NCBI GenBank assembly: GCA_965216755.1
Contig: CBDCGL010000011.1
Span: 4,000,001-4,064,000 of the forward strand
DNA length: 64,000 nt
Source of the DNA: Alphaproteobacteria bacterium
GTDB taxonomy: Bacteria > Pseudomonadota > Alphaproteobacteria > UBA7887
Direction: 5' to 3'
Part shown: positions 21,185 to 30,649 of the stretch, piece by piece
Layout: every line of letters begins with the position of its first letter
Position numbering within the stretch: position 1 is the first letter of the stretch
The notes under the pieces: generated by a model
Database searches by the model: none
The model's input: the letters and a program-made list of their open reading frames with translations, nothing else
What the model was told of the DNA's origin: nothing
Translations under genes and position numbers: made by a program

Positions 21185-22438
21185 TTGTTGGGTGGGCATA
21201 GGGTGCGAAATGATTTGATTGCCGCACTGGACGTTGGCACATCGAAAGTCTGTTGCCTTATTGCGGCGACGGATGGTGATGGCGACGTGCGCGTTGTTGG
21301 TATCGGACACCAACTCGCGCGCGGTCTGCGCAGTGGTGCCATCGTCGACATGGAAGCCGCCGAAGAGTCTGTTCGGGCCGCGGTTCACGCCGCCGAAGAG
21401 ATGGCGGGCGATACCATTAATGGCGTGGCCCTGAATGTCGGCGGTGGCCAGCTCACCTCGCATGCCGTGAATGTCGAAATGGCAATCGGTGGCCACGAAG
21501 TCAGCGATGGCGATGTCCAGCGCGTGCTCGATGAAGGGCGGGGCGCCAATGATCGTCGCGACCAGGCGGTTATTCATACCCTACCGGTTGGTTACGCCAT
21601 TGATGGTGTGAATGGCATTCGCGATCCGCGCGGTATGAGTGGCGAAAAGCTGGGTGTCCGGCTGAACGTTGTGACGACGGCGCGCGGGCCTGCGCGAAAT
21701 CTGGTGGCTTGTGTCGGGCATTGTCATTTGGACGTGGATATGTTGGTTGCCGCGCCTTATGCGTCAAGTCTAGCATGCTTGGTCGAAGACGAAATGCGGC
21801 TCGGCGTGACCTGTATCGATTTGGGGGCGGGTACAACAACATTTGCGGTTTTCGTTGACGGTGAAATGGTGCATTTGGACGCGCTGCCGATCGGCGGCCA
21901 GCACATCACCAATGATATCGCCCGCGGATTGTCGACACCGGTGGTTGCGGCGGAGCGATTGAAGACGCTTTTTGGCAGCCCCATCGCGGCGTCAGCCGAT
22001 TTCCGCGAGCTGATCGAAATCCCTCAAGTCGGCGAAAGTGACAATGGGACAGGCAATCATTTGCCGCGGTCATCGTTGGTTCGCATCGTCCGCGCGCGAA
22101 TCGAAGAAACGTTTGAGCTCGTGCGCTCGCGACTTGACGGTGCCGGTGTGGCACGTGCCGCTGGTCGCCGCGTGGTGTTGACCGGCGGCGGCAGCCAGCT
22201 TAGCGGCATTCGCGAAGCGGCGGCGCAAATTCTCAACAAGCAGGTGCGGTTGGCGCGGCCAACGGTCTTACCTGGCTTGACCGAGGCCGCGCGCGGCCCG
22301 GCCTTCGCCGCTTGTGCGGGGCTTTTGGTCTACGCGGCGAAACAAGATATGCCGAAGCCAGATCGGGCGCATCGGGTGGCGCGTAGCGCCAGCGGTCGGT
22401 TTAGCCGATTTGGCCAATGGCTTCGGGAGAACTTTTGA
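21185..22438 (+). CDS. ftsA: cell division protein FtsA
   Basis: LDVGTSK, IDLGAGTT, AERLK, VLTGGGSQL, C-terminal WLRENF; start approximate. Confidence 0.96.
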   Translation: MLGGHRVRNDLIAALDVGTSKVCCLIAATDGDGDVRVVGIGHQLARGLRSGAIVDMEAAEESVRAAVHAAEEMAGDTINGVALNVGGGQLTSHAVNVEMAIGGHEVSDGDVQRVLDEGRGANDRRDQAVIHTLPVGYAIDGVNGIRDPRGMSGEKLGVRLNVVTTARGPARNLVACVGHCHLDVDMLVAAPYASSLACLVEDEMRLGVTCIDLGAGTTTFAVFVDGEMVHLDALPIGGQHITNDIARGLSTPVVAAERLKTLFGSPIAASADFRELIEIPQVGESDNGTGNHLPRSSLVRIVRARIEETFELVRSRLDGAGVARAAGRRVVLTGGGSQLSGIREAAAQILNKQVRLARPTVLPGLTEAARGPAFAACAGLLVYAAKQDMPKPDRAHRVARSASGRFSRFGQWLRENF

Positions 22439-22519
22439 TGGTTGGGGCACGAATGGCAGTCAGCCGCCGAGCTGCGTTCGCGTCGGGGGATGTTATCGGG
22501 GCAATTCTTGGAGGCATGT

Positions 22520-24124
22520 ATGACAATCAACCTGAGCGTTCCGGTGACCCACGAACTCAAACCTAAAATTACGGTTATCGGTGTCGGCGGCGCCGGTGGG
22601 AATGCCGTAAATAATATGATTACGGCGCATCTTGAGGGCGTCGAATTTGTCGTCGCCAATACCGATGCCCAAGCTTTGGCCCAGTCCTTGACCGAACGAC
22701 GCGTTCAATTGGGTGCCATGCTTACCCAAGGTTTGGGCGCCGGCGCCCGGCCCGAGGTTGGTCGCGCCGCGGCTGAAGAAGGTCTCGATACATTGATGGA
22801 CCATATTCAAGGCGCCAACATGGTGTTCATCACCGCCGGTATGGGCGGCGGAACCGGCACGGGCGGTGCGCCGGTCATCGCTCAGTCGGCGCGCGATCAA
22901 GGCGTTTTGACGGTGGGGGTGGTGACCAAGCCATTTCACTTCGAAGGCCAGCAGCGCATGCGCATTGCGGAAGAGGGAATCGACGAACTACAGCGCTGTG
23001 TTGATACGCTGATCGTGATTCCAAACCAAAACCTGTTCCGTATCGCCAACGAAAAGACCACGTTCGGCGAGGCCTTCAAGATGGCCGACGATGTTCTTTA
23101 TTCGGGCGTCCGCGGCGTTACCGATTTGATGGTCATGCCCGGTCTGATCAATCTCGATTTTGCCGATGTCCGTTCAGTGATGATGGAAATGGGCAAGGCG
23201 ATGATGGGTACCGGCGAGGCCGAGGGCGAAAGGCGGGCCTTGGATGCGGCCGAGGCGGCGATCAACAATCCGCTGTTGGATGATGTCTCGCTAAAAGGCG
23301 CGCGGGGTGTTCTGGTCAATATTACGGGCGGCCCCGACATGACCCTGTATGAGGTTGACGAGAGTTGTAACCACATCCGCGATCAGGTTGATTCGGACGC
23401 CAGTATTATTTTTGGCTCAACATTCGACGAACAATTGGCTGGCCGGGTCCGGGTATCCGTGGTGGCGACTGGCATTGAAGCGGACGTTGCGACCGTGGGC
23501 GACATCAGCGAGCCGGTCGCGAATATCCAGCGCGCCCAGAATATCGTGCTGCCCATGACCGCGCCTGCGGACCAAGCAAAGACCGGGGTCATTGACGAAT
23601 TGCCGCGCGCGAAGCCAACCGCGCCAAAGATCGTCGAAGCGCCGACGGTGCCGGCAGATGACGCGGCTGCGGCTGCGGATTCAGGCCGGCCGGTTGCTGC
23701 ACCGGCCGTTGCCCGTGCCGATGCGCCCGCGAAACGCAACCCTTTGCGCATTGAGCCGGTGGTCGAAGGACGTGCCGGTTCGATGGACGGAAGTTTCATT
23801 CCGCCGCGTCCGATAGAGCCTGCCAAACCGGCGGCATCGGTGGCCAAGACGGAGACACCGGCGACTGAAAGCCCTTCCGCGCCGGTTCCGACGGTGCAAG
23901 ACCACCAGGAACTCGAACCGCGGTCAGGGCAATCGGGAGCCCGGCTGGGATTGTTTGAACGCATGACCCGCGGCGGGTTGGCGCGTACCGAGAGCCGTAC
24001 GGATCGTCGTCCGGAACCGGTATTGGAAATGGTCGAAGGGACGACGAATTCGTCTCAAGGGAAGCCGGAGACCGAAGCAGATTTGATCGACATCCCCGCT
24101 TTCTTGCGCCGTCAATCAAACTGA
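22520..24124 (+). CDS. ftsZ: cell division protein FtsZ
   Basis: [16 protein letters not shown], long Pro/Ala linker, C-terminal DIPAFLRRQ; ATG at 22520 after GGAGG. Confidence 0.98.
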   Translation: MTINLSVPVTHELKPKITVIGVGGAGGNAVNNMITAHLEGVEFVVANTDAQALAQSLTERRVQLGAMLTQGLGAGARPEVGRAAAEEGLDTLMDHIQGANMVFITAGMGGGTGTGGAPVIAQSARDQGVLTVGVVTKPFHFEGQQRMRIAEEGIDELQRCVDTLIVIPNQNLFRIANEKTTFGEAFKMADDVLYSGVRGVTDLMVMPGLINLDFADVRSVMMEMGKAMMGTGEAEGERRALDAAEAAINNPLLDDVSLKGARGVLVNITGGPDMTLYEVDESCNHIRDQVDSDASIIFGSTFDEQLAGRVRVSVVATGIEADVATVGDISEPVANIQRAQNIVLPMTAPADQAKTGVIDELPRAKPTAPKIVEAPTVPADDAAAAADSGRPVAAPAVARADAPAKRNPLRIEPVVEGRAGSMDGSFIPPRPIEPAKPAASVAKTETPATESPSAPVPTVQDHQELEPRSGQSGARLGLFERMTRGGLARTESRTDRRPEPVLEMVEGTTNSSQGKPETEADLIDIPAFLRRQSN

Positions 24125-24188
24125 GTCCTGTCATTGCGGACCGCCGGTACGGCCGCTGTAACATTCTGTAACAAAGCGTGATTTGTAA

Positions 24189-24230
24189 GCTCCGGAGGGC
24201 TTTGCTAAATGCCCCCGGAGCGTTCTTTAT
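24189..24230 (+). terminator. putative terminator hairpin after ftsZ
   Basis: GCTCCGGAGGGC...GCCCCCGGAGC stem (one mismatch) followed by GTTCTTTAT. Confidence 0.5.
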
Positions 24231-24356
24231 GCGTATCCGTAACAGGGGCAATCTCAGAGCGGCATGATGCCGGCTCTGGGTTCGTGACGGGAACAGGATC
24301 GTTGGGCAGGGGGCTGCTTGTAGCTCTCGCTCCATAGTGGGGGAAGCAAGATCGTT

Positions 24357-25319
24357 TTGAACGCGGTGACCGACGGGGGCGCCACCCGAAAAGCGGTGCT
24401 TCGGCCGACGAAAGTTGCGCGGCAACGCACGCTGAAAAACGCAGTCAATTGTATCGGTATTGGGTTACACAGCGGTGTGCGCGTCGCCATGACATTGCGG
24501 CCGGCCGCTGCCGATACGGGAATTGTTTTTGTTCGCACCGATCTGGGTGGCGCGAGTATCCCGGCAAACTATGACCGGGTCTGCGACACCCGGCTGGGGA
24601 CCACCGTTCGCGGTGACAATGGAGTCAGTGTCGCCACCGTTGAGCATCTGATGGCCGCGCTGTGGGGGTGCGGCATCGACAATCTCTATGTCGAGCTCGA
24701 TGGACCCGAAGTGCCGGTGATGGACGGTAGCGCAGCGCCATTCGTGTTTCTGGTCGAGTGCGCTGGACAGATTGAACAAGACTCGCCGCGCCACGCGCTG
24801 CGTGTGCGCAAGACCGTCAGTGTCGAAGGCCAAGGCGGCCGTCTCTCGATCCAGCCTGCGGACGGATTTTCGGTGTCCTTCGAGATCGAGTTTCCCCAAA
24901 GTGCCGTCGCCAGCCAAACGTTTTGGTTCGGCGACCGCGATGGCGCGTTTAAAGCCGATCTCAGTCGCGCCCGAACCTTCGGCTTTTTTGAGGATGTATC
25001 CGCGTTGCAGGCGGCCGGATTGGCGCTTGGCGGTTCATTGGACAACGCGGTGGTCGTGCATCGCGACCAGGTCCTGAACGAAGAGGGACTTCGCTATGCA
25101 AACGAGTTTGTGCGCCACAAGGTGCTGGACTGCATCGGCGACCTTTATTTGTCCGGCGCCATGATTATGGGTCACGTAACCGCGGTCCGATCGGGTCATG
25201 ATCTCAACAACCAGCTCTTGCACGCGCTATTCGCCGATGAGACAAATTTTCGTCACGGATTTGGCGTGCCGCGCCGGACCGTGCCGCGGTCTAGCGAAGC
25301 GGTAAGCGCCATAGGCTAA
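24357..25319 (+). CDS. lpxC: UDP-3-O-acyl-GlcNAc deacetylase LpxC
   Basis: GIGLHSG, TVEHLMAAL, MDGSA, ARTFGF, HKVLD; start approximate. Confidence 0.97.
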   Translation: MNAVTDGGATRKAVLRPTKVARQRTLKNAVNCIGIGLHSGVRVAMTLRPAAADTGIVFVRTDLGGASIPANYDRVCDTRLGTTVRGDNGVSVATVEHLMAALWGCGIDNLYVELDGPEVPVMDGSAAPFVFLVECAGQIEQDSPRHALRVRKTVSVEGQGGRLSIQPADGFSVSFEIEFPQSAVASQTFWFGDRDGAFKADLSRARTFGFFEDVSALQAAGLALGGSLDNAVVVHRDQVLNEEGLRYANEFVRHKVLDCIGDLYLSGAMIMGHVTAVRSGHDLNNQLLHALFADETNFRHGFGVPRRTVPRSSEAVSAIG

Positions 25320-25520
25320 AGTCGCGGGCTGAAAAGATCCCCGATCGAGACCTCATTTCTCAAGTAAGGCGTCGCGCCCGCTGAACCGGTGTCCGTGCGG
25401 TTGCGCACTTACTTTGCCGGCGCGTTATTGTAATCTTGAGATGGGGTCGACGTGGTTTGTCGTTGGCCCGACGGGTCTTTCCGGAACCCATATTGATTTC
25501 AGTGAGAAACGGCGGGCGAC

Positions 25521-26510
25521 GTGTCTAGTACGGATCGGTTTGAGCTACGCGGGCGACGGGTTTGGGTCGCCGGTCATCGGGGCATGGTCGGCGCGGCCAT
25601 CGCACGTCGCTTGGCTACAGAATCGTGCGAAATTGTCACGGTCGGGCGCGAGAGTGTCGACTTGCGCAATCAAGCTGATGTGCGTGCATGGCTCGAAAAT
25701 GAGCGGCCCGATGTGATTTTCATGGCGGCGGCCACTGTCGGCGGTATTTTGGCCAACGATACGCGGCCGGCAGAATTCCTTTATGACAACCTTGCGATTG
25801 AGACCAATGTCATCCACGGTGCCTGGCGGGCCAACGTGCGAAAGCTAGTTTTTTTAGGGTCAACGTGCATTTACCCGCGCTTGGCGCCCCAGCCGATTGC
25901 CGAAGACAGTTTACTCACCGGGCCCTTAGAGCCGACCAATCAATGGTATGCCATCGCCAAAATCGCCGGCATCAAGCTATGCGACGCGTACCGACGCCAA
26001 TATGGCTGCGATTTCATTTCGGCTCAGCCAACCAATCTTTACGGTCCCCACGACAATTTCGATCTCCAGGGCAGCCATGTCTTGCCGGCGCTGATGCGCA
26101 AAGCGCATGAGGCGAAGGTGGCCGGGGCCAAGGACATGGTTGTTTGGGGCAGCGGCAAGCCCTTGCGCGAATTTCTGCATGTGGATGATTTGGCGGATGC
26201 ATTGGTTTTTCTGGCCAAGAATTTCAGCAATGAAGGCCCGATCAATGTCGGCAGTGGCGAGGAGGTCTCAATTCGCGCCTTGGCGGAACAGGTGGCGGCG
26301 ACCGTTGGGTTTGAGGGGACATTGGCCTTTGATACCGGCAAACCAGATGGCACACCGCGAAAATTGACCGACGTGACGCGCTTGCACGAACTTGGTTGGC
26401 GGGCGCGGATCGGCTTGGCTGATGGCTTGCAGTCGACTTATGCCTGGTTCCTGGCGCATGTGGCGACGGGCGCCCATTCGGGTGCGGCGGTGGAGGTGTT
26501 GCCGCCGTGA
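25521..26510 (+). CDS. fcl: GDP-L-fucose synthase (GDP-4-keto-6-deoxymannose epimerase/reductase)
   Basis: GHRGMVG, VGGILAN, GSTCIYP, YAIAK, NLYGP, HVLPAL, KPDGTPRK. Confidence 0.92.
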   Translation: MSSTDRFELRGRRVWVAGHRGMVGAAIARRLATESCEIVTVGRESVDLRNQADVRAWLENERPDVIFMAAATVGGILANDTRPAEFLYDNLAIETNVIHGAWRANVRKLVFLGSTCIYPRLAPQPIAEDSLLTGPLEPTNQWYAIAKIAGIKLCDAYRRQYGCDFISAQPTNLYGPHDNFDLQGSHVLPALMRKAHEAKVAGAKDMVVWGSGKPLREFLHVDDLADALVFLAKNFSNEGPINVGSGEEVSIRALAEQVAATVGFEGTLAFDTGKPDGTPRKLTDVTRLHELGWRARIGLADGLQSTYAWFLAHVATGAHSGAAVEVLPP

Positions 26511-27205
26511 TCGCGGCCGCCGCCGTCGGGCAGGCGGATCTCGACGGTTTCTCAGGTCATCTTGCCGACGGTGTCGGCCTATGGCGACAAGTTGGTGTGC
26601 GGCCGGCGCGCACCGATCCGGTGCCGGCGTTGTTTCTGGATCGTGATGGGGTGATCGTCGAAGAGGTCGGCCATCTCCACCGAGTCGCCGACGCGCGCTT
26701 GATCGAACCAATAATGAACGTGATCCGGCGGTGCAATCAGCGCGAGGTGCCGGTGGTTGTGGTTACAAATCAATCGGGCGTTGGCCGAGGGCTATTCGAC
26801 TGGCGTGACTTTGCGGCCGTGCAGAATTGGATCGTGGCGACCCTGGCGGCGCATGCCGCCCACGTCGACATGGTGTTGGCCTGCGGCTACCACGACGTGG
26901 CCTTGCCGCCATTGAATATCGGCGCCCACAGTTGGCGCAAGCCGGCGCCGGGCATGCTGCTGGAAGCCGCGGAAACCTTGAAGATCGACCTGCCCCGGTC
27001 GTGGATTGTCGGCGATCGCGGCACCGACATGGAAGCCGGCCGGGCGGCCGGGCTGGCCGGCGGATTGCACGTCCGCACGGGCCATGGCCGCCACGATGTG
27101 TCGGCCGCCAAGGCGGTGGGGACCGCGGGCTTCAATGTCCGGTTCGGCGCGGACGTGGCCGCCATAATGGACCTTATGCCCGCTCTCGCCGGCGCAGACC
27201 TTTAG
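26507..27205 (+). CDS. gmhB: HAD-IIIA phosphatase, GmhB-like heptose-1,7-bisphosphate phosphatase
   Basis: FLDRDGV, VTNQSG, RKPAPGM, VGDR..D; GTGA overlap with fcl. Confidence 0.8.
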   Translation: MIAAAAVGQADLDGFSGHLADGVGLWRQVGVRPARTDPVPALFLDRDGVIVEEVGHLHRVADARLIEPIMNVIRRCNQREVPVVVVTNQSGVGRGLFDWRDFAAVQNWIVATLAAHAAHVDMVLACGYHDVALPPLNIGAHSWRKPAPGMLLEAAETLKIDLPRSWIVGDRGTDMEAGRAAGLAGGLHVRTGHGRHDVSAAKAVGTAGFNVRFGADVAAIMDLMPALAGADL

Positions 27206-27962
27206 CCGGCGGCGTCTCAAGCACGAACAATGCGCGCAAACCGACATGGCGCATGAGCCACTGCGGCAGACACTTTTCCATGTAGATCAGCGCTTTAATT
27301 ATGGCTCTGGGAGCGCCCCAACGCTGAAATCCGCCTGTTGCGAGATAGGCTAGGGCGCCAAAGACCTCGCAGTGGATTAGCTTGAAGCCCACGGCGTGGT
27401 CAGGCCATCGGTTGGCTTGATCCGCCAAAACGGCCTTCGGAATCCATGCATTGCCAGCCATGGGATCCTTGTCGGGCGGCAGCGCCTGCCGCCACGGGTC
27501 GTCAACCCGCGCGCAGCTCTCGTGGTGGACATGGCGATAGAACAGCCATCCCAACGTGCCGGCCCAGGGCTCGATCAAAATAAGTCGACCGGAACGCGCG
27601 AGGATACGCGTGGCTTCGGTCAGTGCCGATTCCGGTCGCGCCAAATGGTGCAGAACATCCACAGCGACGATGTTCGTGAAATGGCCGCCGGCGAAGGGCA
27701 GCGCGTGCGCATCGGCTTGAACCGTAATTTTCGGCGCCGCCGTCAGGTCGACGGCGATCCAGTGCGGGTCGTCACTTGTCATCAGACCCGGCCCCGCGCC
27801 AAGCTCCAAGGTCGGCCCTGCTGTCATATGCTTGCGGATACGTGCGAAGATTTGTGTGCGGTAATACCATCGAAGACCGGCCTTTTCGTCCCAGATTCTC
27901 CTATGCTGGCCGATCCATTCGGGGATGTGGGTTCCGCTCGGTGATGACGTCAGCACGGCCAC
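27174..27962 (-). CDS. class I SAM-dependent methyltransferase
   Basis: LELGAGPG, ADAHALPF, DVLHHL, GRLILIEP. Confidence 0.85.
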   Translation of the reverse strand: MAVLTSSPSGTHIPEWIGQHRRIWDEKAGLRWYYRTQIFARIRKHMTAGPTLELGAGPGLMTSDDPHWIAVDLTAAPKITVQADAHALPFAGGHFTNIVAVDVLHHLARPESALTEATRILARSGRLILIEPWAGTLGWLFYRHVHHESCARVDDPWRQALPPDKDPMAGNAWIPKAVLADQANRWPDHAVGFKLIHCEVFGALAYLATGGFQRWGAPRAIIKALIYMEKCLPQWLMRHVGLRALFVLETPPAKGLRRRERA

Positions 27963-28040
27963 GACACGCGTGCGCTTGATAACGGGTCGAGATATCTTGC
28001 GTCTGTCACAATCGCAGGCTCAGATGGTAGGTCCGCCGGC

Positions 28041-28607
28041 ATGTCATTGCACGCATATTTCCAGTCGACCATCGGCAGCTTGACTGCGTGTCTCGATGCC
28101 GGTCTTGACGCGCCGACCAGCGCCGCGATCGACGTCGTCGTGGCGGCGTTGGCGGCCGGTCACCCGCTGTTGATCTGTGGCAACGGCGGATCCGCAACCG
28201 ATGCCAACCATATCGCCGGCGAACTGGTGGGGCGCTACCGGCGCGAGCGGCGCGGCCTCAAGGCGATTGCCTTGACCGCGGATCCGGCTGTCATAACCGC
28301 GTGGAGCAACGATTATGGTTTCGACGGTGTATTTGCCCGGCAAGTCGAAGCTTTGGGCGCGCCGGGCGGCGTCGTCATGGGGTTGAGCACCAGCGGTAAT
28401 TCCGAAAACGTCGTCCGAGCTCTGGACGTCGCACGTCACAACGACATGACCACGATCGCTTTGACAGGCGCGGGTGGCGGCCGCTTGGCGCCGCTGGCAG
28501 ACATCCTGATCGCCGTGCCGGCGGACGAAACCGCACGTGTTCAGGAACTGCACACGGTCCTCTATCACTATATGTGCGAGAATATCGAGCGCCGGTTGGC
28601 GGCGTAG
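28041..28607 (+). CDS. gmhA: phosphoheptose isomerase GmhA (SIS domain)
   Basis: CGNGGS, ELVGRY, NDYGF..FARQV, STSGNS, ARVQELH. Confidence 0.9.
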   Translation: MSLHAYFQSTIGSLTACLDAGLDAPTSAAIDVVVAALAAGHPLLICGNGGSATDANHIAGELVGRYRRERRGLKAIALTADPAVITAWSNDYGFDGVFARQVEALGAPGGVVMGLSTSGNSENVVRALDVARHNDMTTIALTGAGGGRLAPLADILIAVPADETARVQELHTVLYHYMCENIERRLAA

Positions 28608-28625
28608 CCCGGTAACGGCCTGTGC

Positions 28626-29183
28626 CTATTCACCTTCGAACTCGCACAGTGTGAACACCGCGTAGCCGGCCGACTCCAGGCGTGCCCGCCCGCCGATATC
28701 GGGCAGGTCGACAACAAAACAAAACTCGACGACTTCGCCGCCTGATTGCTCAATCAGATGGGCGGCGGCCAGCGCGGTTCCACCGGTCGCGATCAGATCG
28801 TCGATCACCAACACGCGTTCGCCGGCGAGGATCGCGTCTTTGTGCACCTCGACGGCGTCGGTACCGTATTCCAGATCATAGTGGTGCTCGAGCGTATCGC
28901 CCGGCAACTTGCCGTGTTTTCGAATGGGGATGAAGCCAAGACCAAGCTGATGGGCGACTGGCGCCCCAATAATGAAGCCGCGCGCTTCGATGCCTGCAAT
29001 TTTGTCGATCTGTCCGCCCGTATAGCGATTGACGATATCATTGACCATCGTCCGCAATCCCTGGGCATCGCCAATCAATGTGGTGATGTCGCGAAACATG
29101 ATGCCGGGCTTGGGATAGTCCGGGATCGTTCGAATCCTCTGCCGAAGCGCTTGGCTATTTGGCGCAGGCGGTGTCTTGGTCAT
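28626..29183 (-). CDS. apt: adenine phosphoribosyltransferase
   Basis: PDYPKPGIMFRDIT, EARGF, RKHGKLPG, LEYG, IDDLIATGGT. Confidence 0.97.
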   Translation of the reverse strand: MTKTPPAPNSQALRQRIRTIPDYPKPGIMFRDITTLIGDAQGLRTMVNDIVNRYTGGQIDKIAGIEARGFIIGAPVAHQLGLGFIPIRKHGKLPGDTLEHHYDLEYGTDAVEVHKDAILAGERVLVIDDLIATGGTALAAAHLIEQSGGEVVEFCFVVDLPDIGGRARLESAGYAVFTLCEFEGE

Positions 29184-29366
29184 GGTCTATGCTCCGTCTC
29201 AGGAACGCTTGGACGCGGGCAATTCCGCGCATAGAATAGCCGCCGTCCGCCAAGCCGGCCAGTCGAGTTATGGCGGCCACACGGACGACAGCCGGCTATT
29301 GCGCGCGGTCCTGTCGCCGCGGTACCCCGAACAGGAGCCGCCCATAACCATGACCGGTAGACGTCT

Positions 29367-30629
29367 ATGAATATCCGACGCGTAGCGGTCGTCGGTTTGG
29401 GCTATGTCGGACTGCCATTGGCAGTGGCCCTGGCGCGCCACGTGACCGTTGCCGGTTACGATATTGCTGCCCGGCGGATCAAAGAATTGTCGTCTGGTTT
29501 CGATCGATCTGGCGAGGTCGACCGCGCTGCCCTGGACCAGGTCGAAATCGCATATACCAACGATCCAGCGGCGATTTCCGGCTACGATGCCTATCTGATT
29601 ACGGTGCCCACACCGGTTGACAGTGCCTGCCAGCCGGACCTGTCCGCTGTCGCCATGGCCTGCGAATATGTCGGCCGCGCCATGGCGCCGGGCGCCATCG
29701 TGGTGTTGGAGTCGACGGTTTACCCGGGCACGACCGAAGAATTTTGCGGACCCATTCTTGCGCGCGCATCTGGGCTGGCTTTGGGCTCTGATTTCTATCT
29801 TGGCTACTCGCCCGAGCGGATCAATCCCGGCGATCCGAACCATGGATTGGGCACGGTCACCAAAGTGGTCGCGGGCCAAACCGCGGATGTCCTGCGGGCG
29901 CTGACCGCGCTTTACCGGAAAATCGGTCCTGTCCACGAGGCCGAGTCGCTCCGTGTGGCGGAGGCGGCCAAAGTCATCGAGAATGCTCAGCGCGACATCA
30001 ATATTGCCTTTGTGAATGAACTTTCGCTTATTTTTCATAAACTTGGAATTGATACGACGGCCGTATTGCGGGCGGCACGTAGCAAGTGGAATTTCGCGCC
30101 CTATGCGCCGGGTCTGGTCGGTGGCCATTGTATTGGCGTTGATCCCTATTACCTGACATTCGCCGCCCAGCGTGCTGGCTATCATCCGGAAGTCATTCTT
30201 GCCGGCCGCAAGATCAACGACAACATGGGAAAGTATGTGGGTGGCGAGATCGCACGCGTGATGGTGCGCAACGGTTTGCGCCGGCGCGCGCTGGTGTTAG
30301 GCATCGCTTTTAAGGAGAATGTGCGCGACGTGCGCAATTCAGGGGCCGTTGGCGTTGTTCGAGAATTGCAGGAATATGGCATCGCTGTCGACGTGCATGA
30401 TCCCCTGGCGGATCCGCAAGAGGTCGCCGATGAGTATGATTTGGCTTTGGTGCCGCCGGGCGAAGCTGCCTATGGCGCGGTTGTGTTAACGGTCGGCCAC
30501 CAGGAATTCCAAGCTTGGGATGTTGAAAAGATTGAGACCCTGCTGGAGCCCGGAGGGGTAGTAGCGGATGTACGCGGCGTGTGGCAGGATCACGTGTTCT
30601 CGCCGGAGACCCAGTTGTGGCGGTTATAG
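29367..30629 (+). CDS. UDP-glucose/GDP-mannose dehydrogenase family (WbpO/TviB-like UDP-HexNAc dehydrogenase)
   Basis: GLGYVGLP, ESTVYPG, SPERINPGD, KVIENAQRD, GGHCIGVDP, FKEN..D.RNS. Confidence 0.9.
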   Translation: MNIRRVAVVGLGYVGLPLAVALARHVTVAGYDIAARRIKELSSGFDRSGEVDRAALDQVEIAYTNDPAAISGYDAYLITVPTPVDSACQPDLSAVAMACEYVGRAMAPGAIVVLESTVYPGTTEEFCGPILARASGLALGSDFYLGYSPERINPGDPNHGLGTVTKVVAGQTADVLRALTALYRKIGPVHEAESLRVAEAAKVIENAQRDINIAFVNELSLIFHKLGIDTTAVLRAARSKWNFAPYAPGLVGGHCIGVDPYYLTFAAQRAGYHPEVILAGRKINDNMGKYVGGEIARVMVRNGLRRRALVLGIAFKENVRDVRNSGAVGVVRELQEYGIAVDVHDPLADPQEVADEYDLALVPPGEAAYGAVVLTVGHQEFQAWDVEKIETLLEPGGVVADVRGVWQDHVFSPETQLWRL

Positions 30630-30649
30630 GGCAATCGAAGGAGGAAACC

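Noticed and set aside
23500-24080. Long Pro/Ala-rich FtsZ linker
   Set aside because: Normal for alphaproteobacterial FtsZ.
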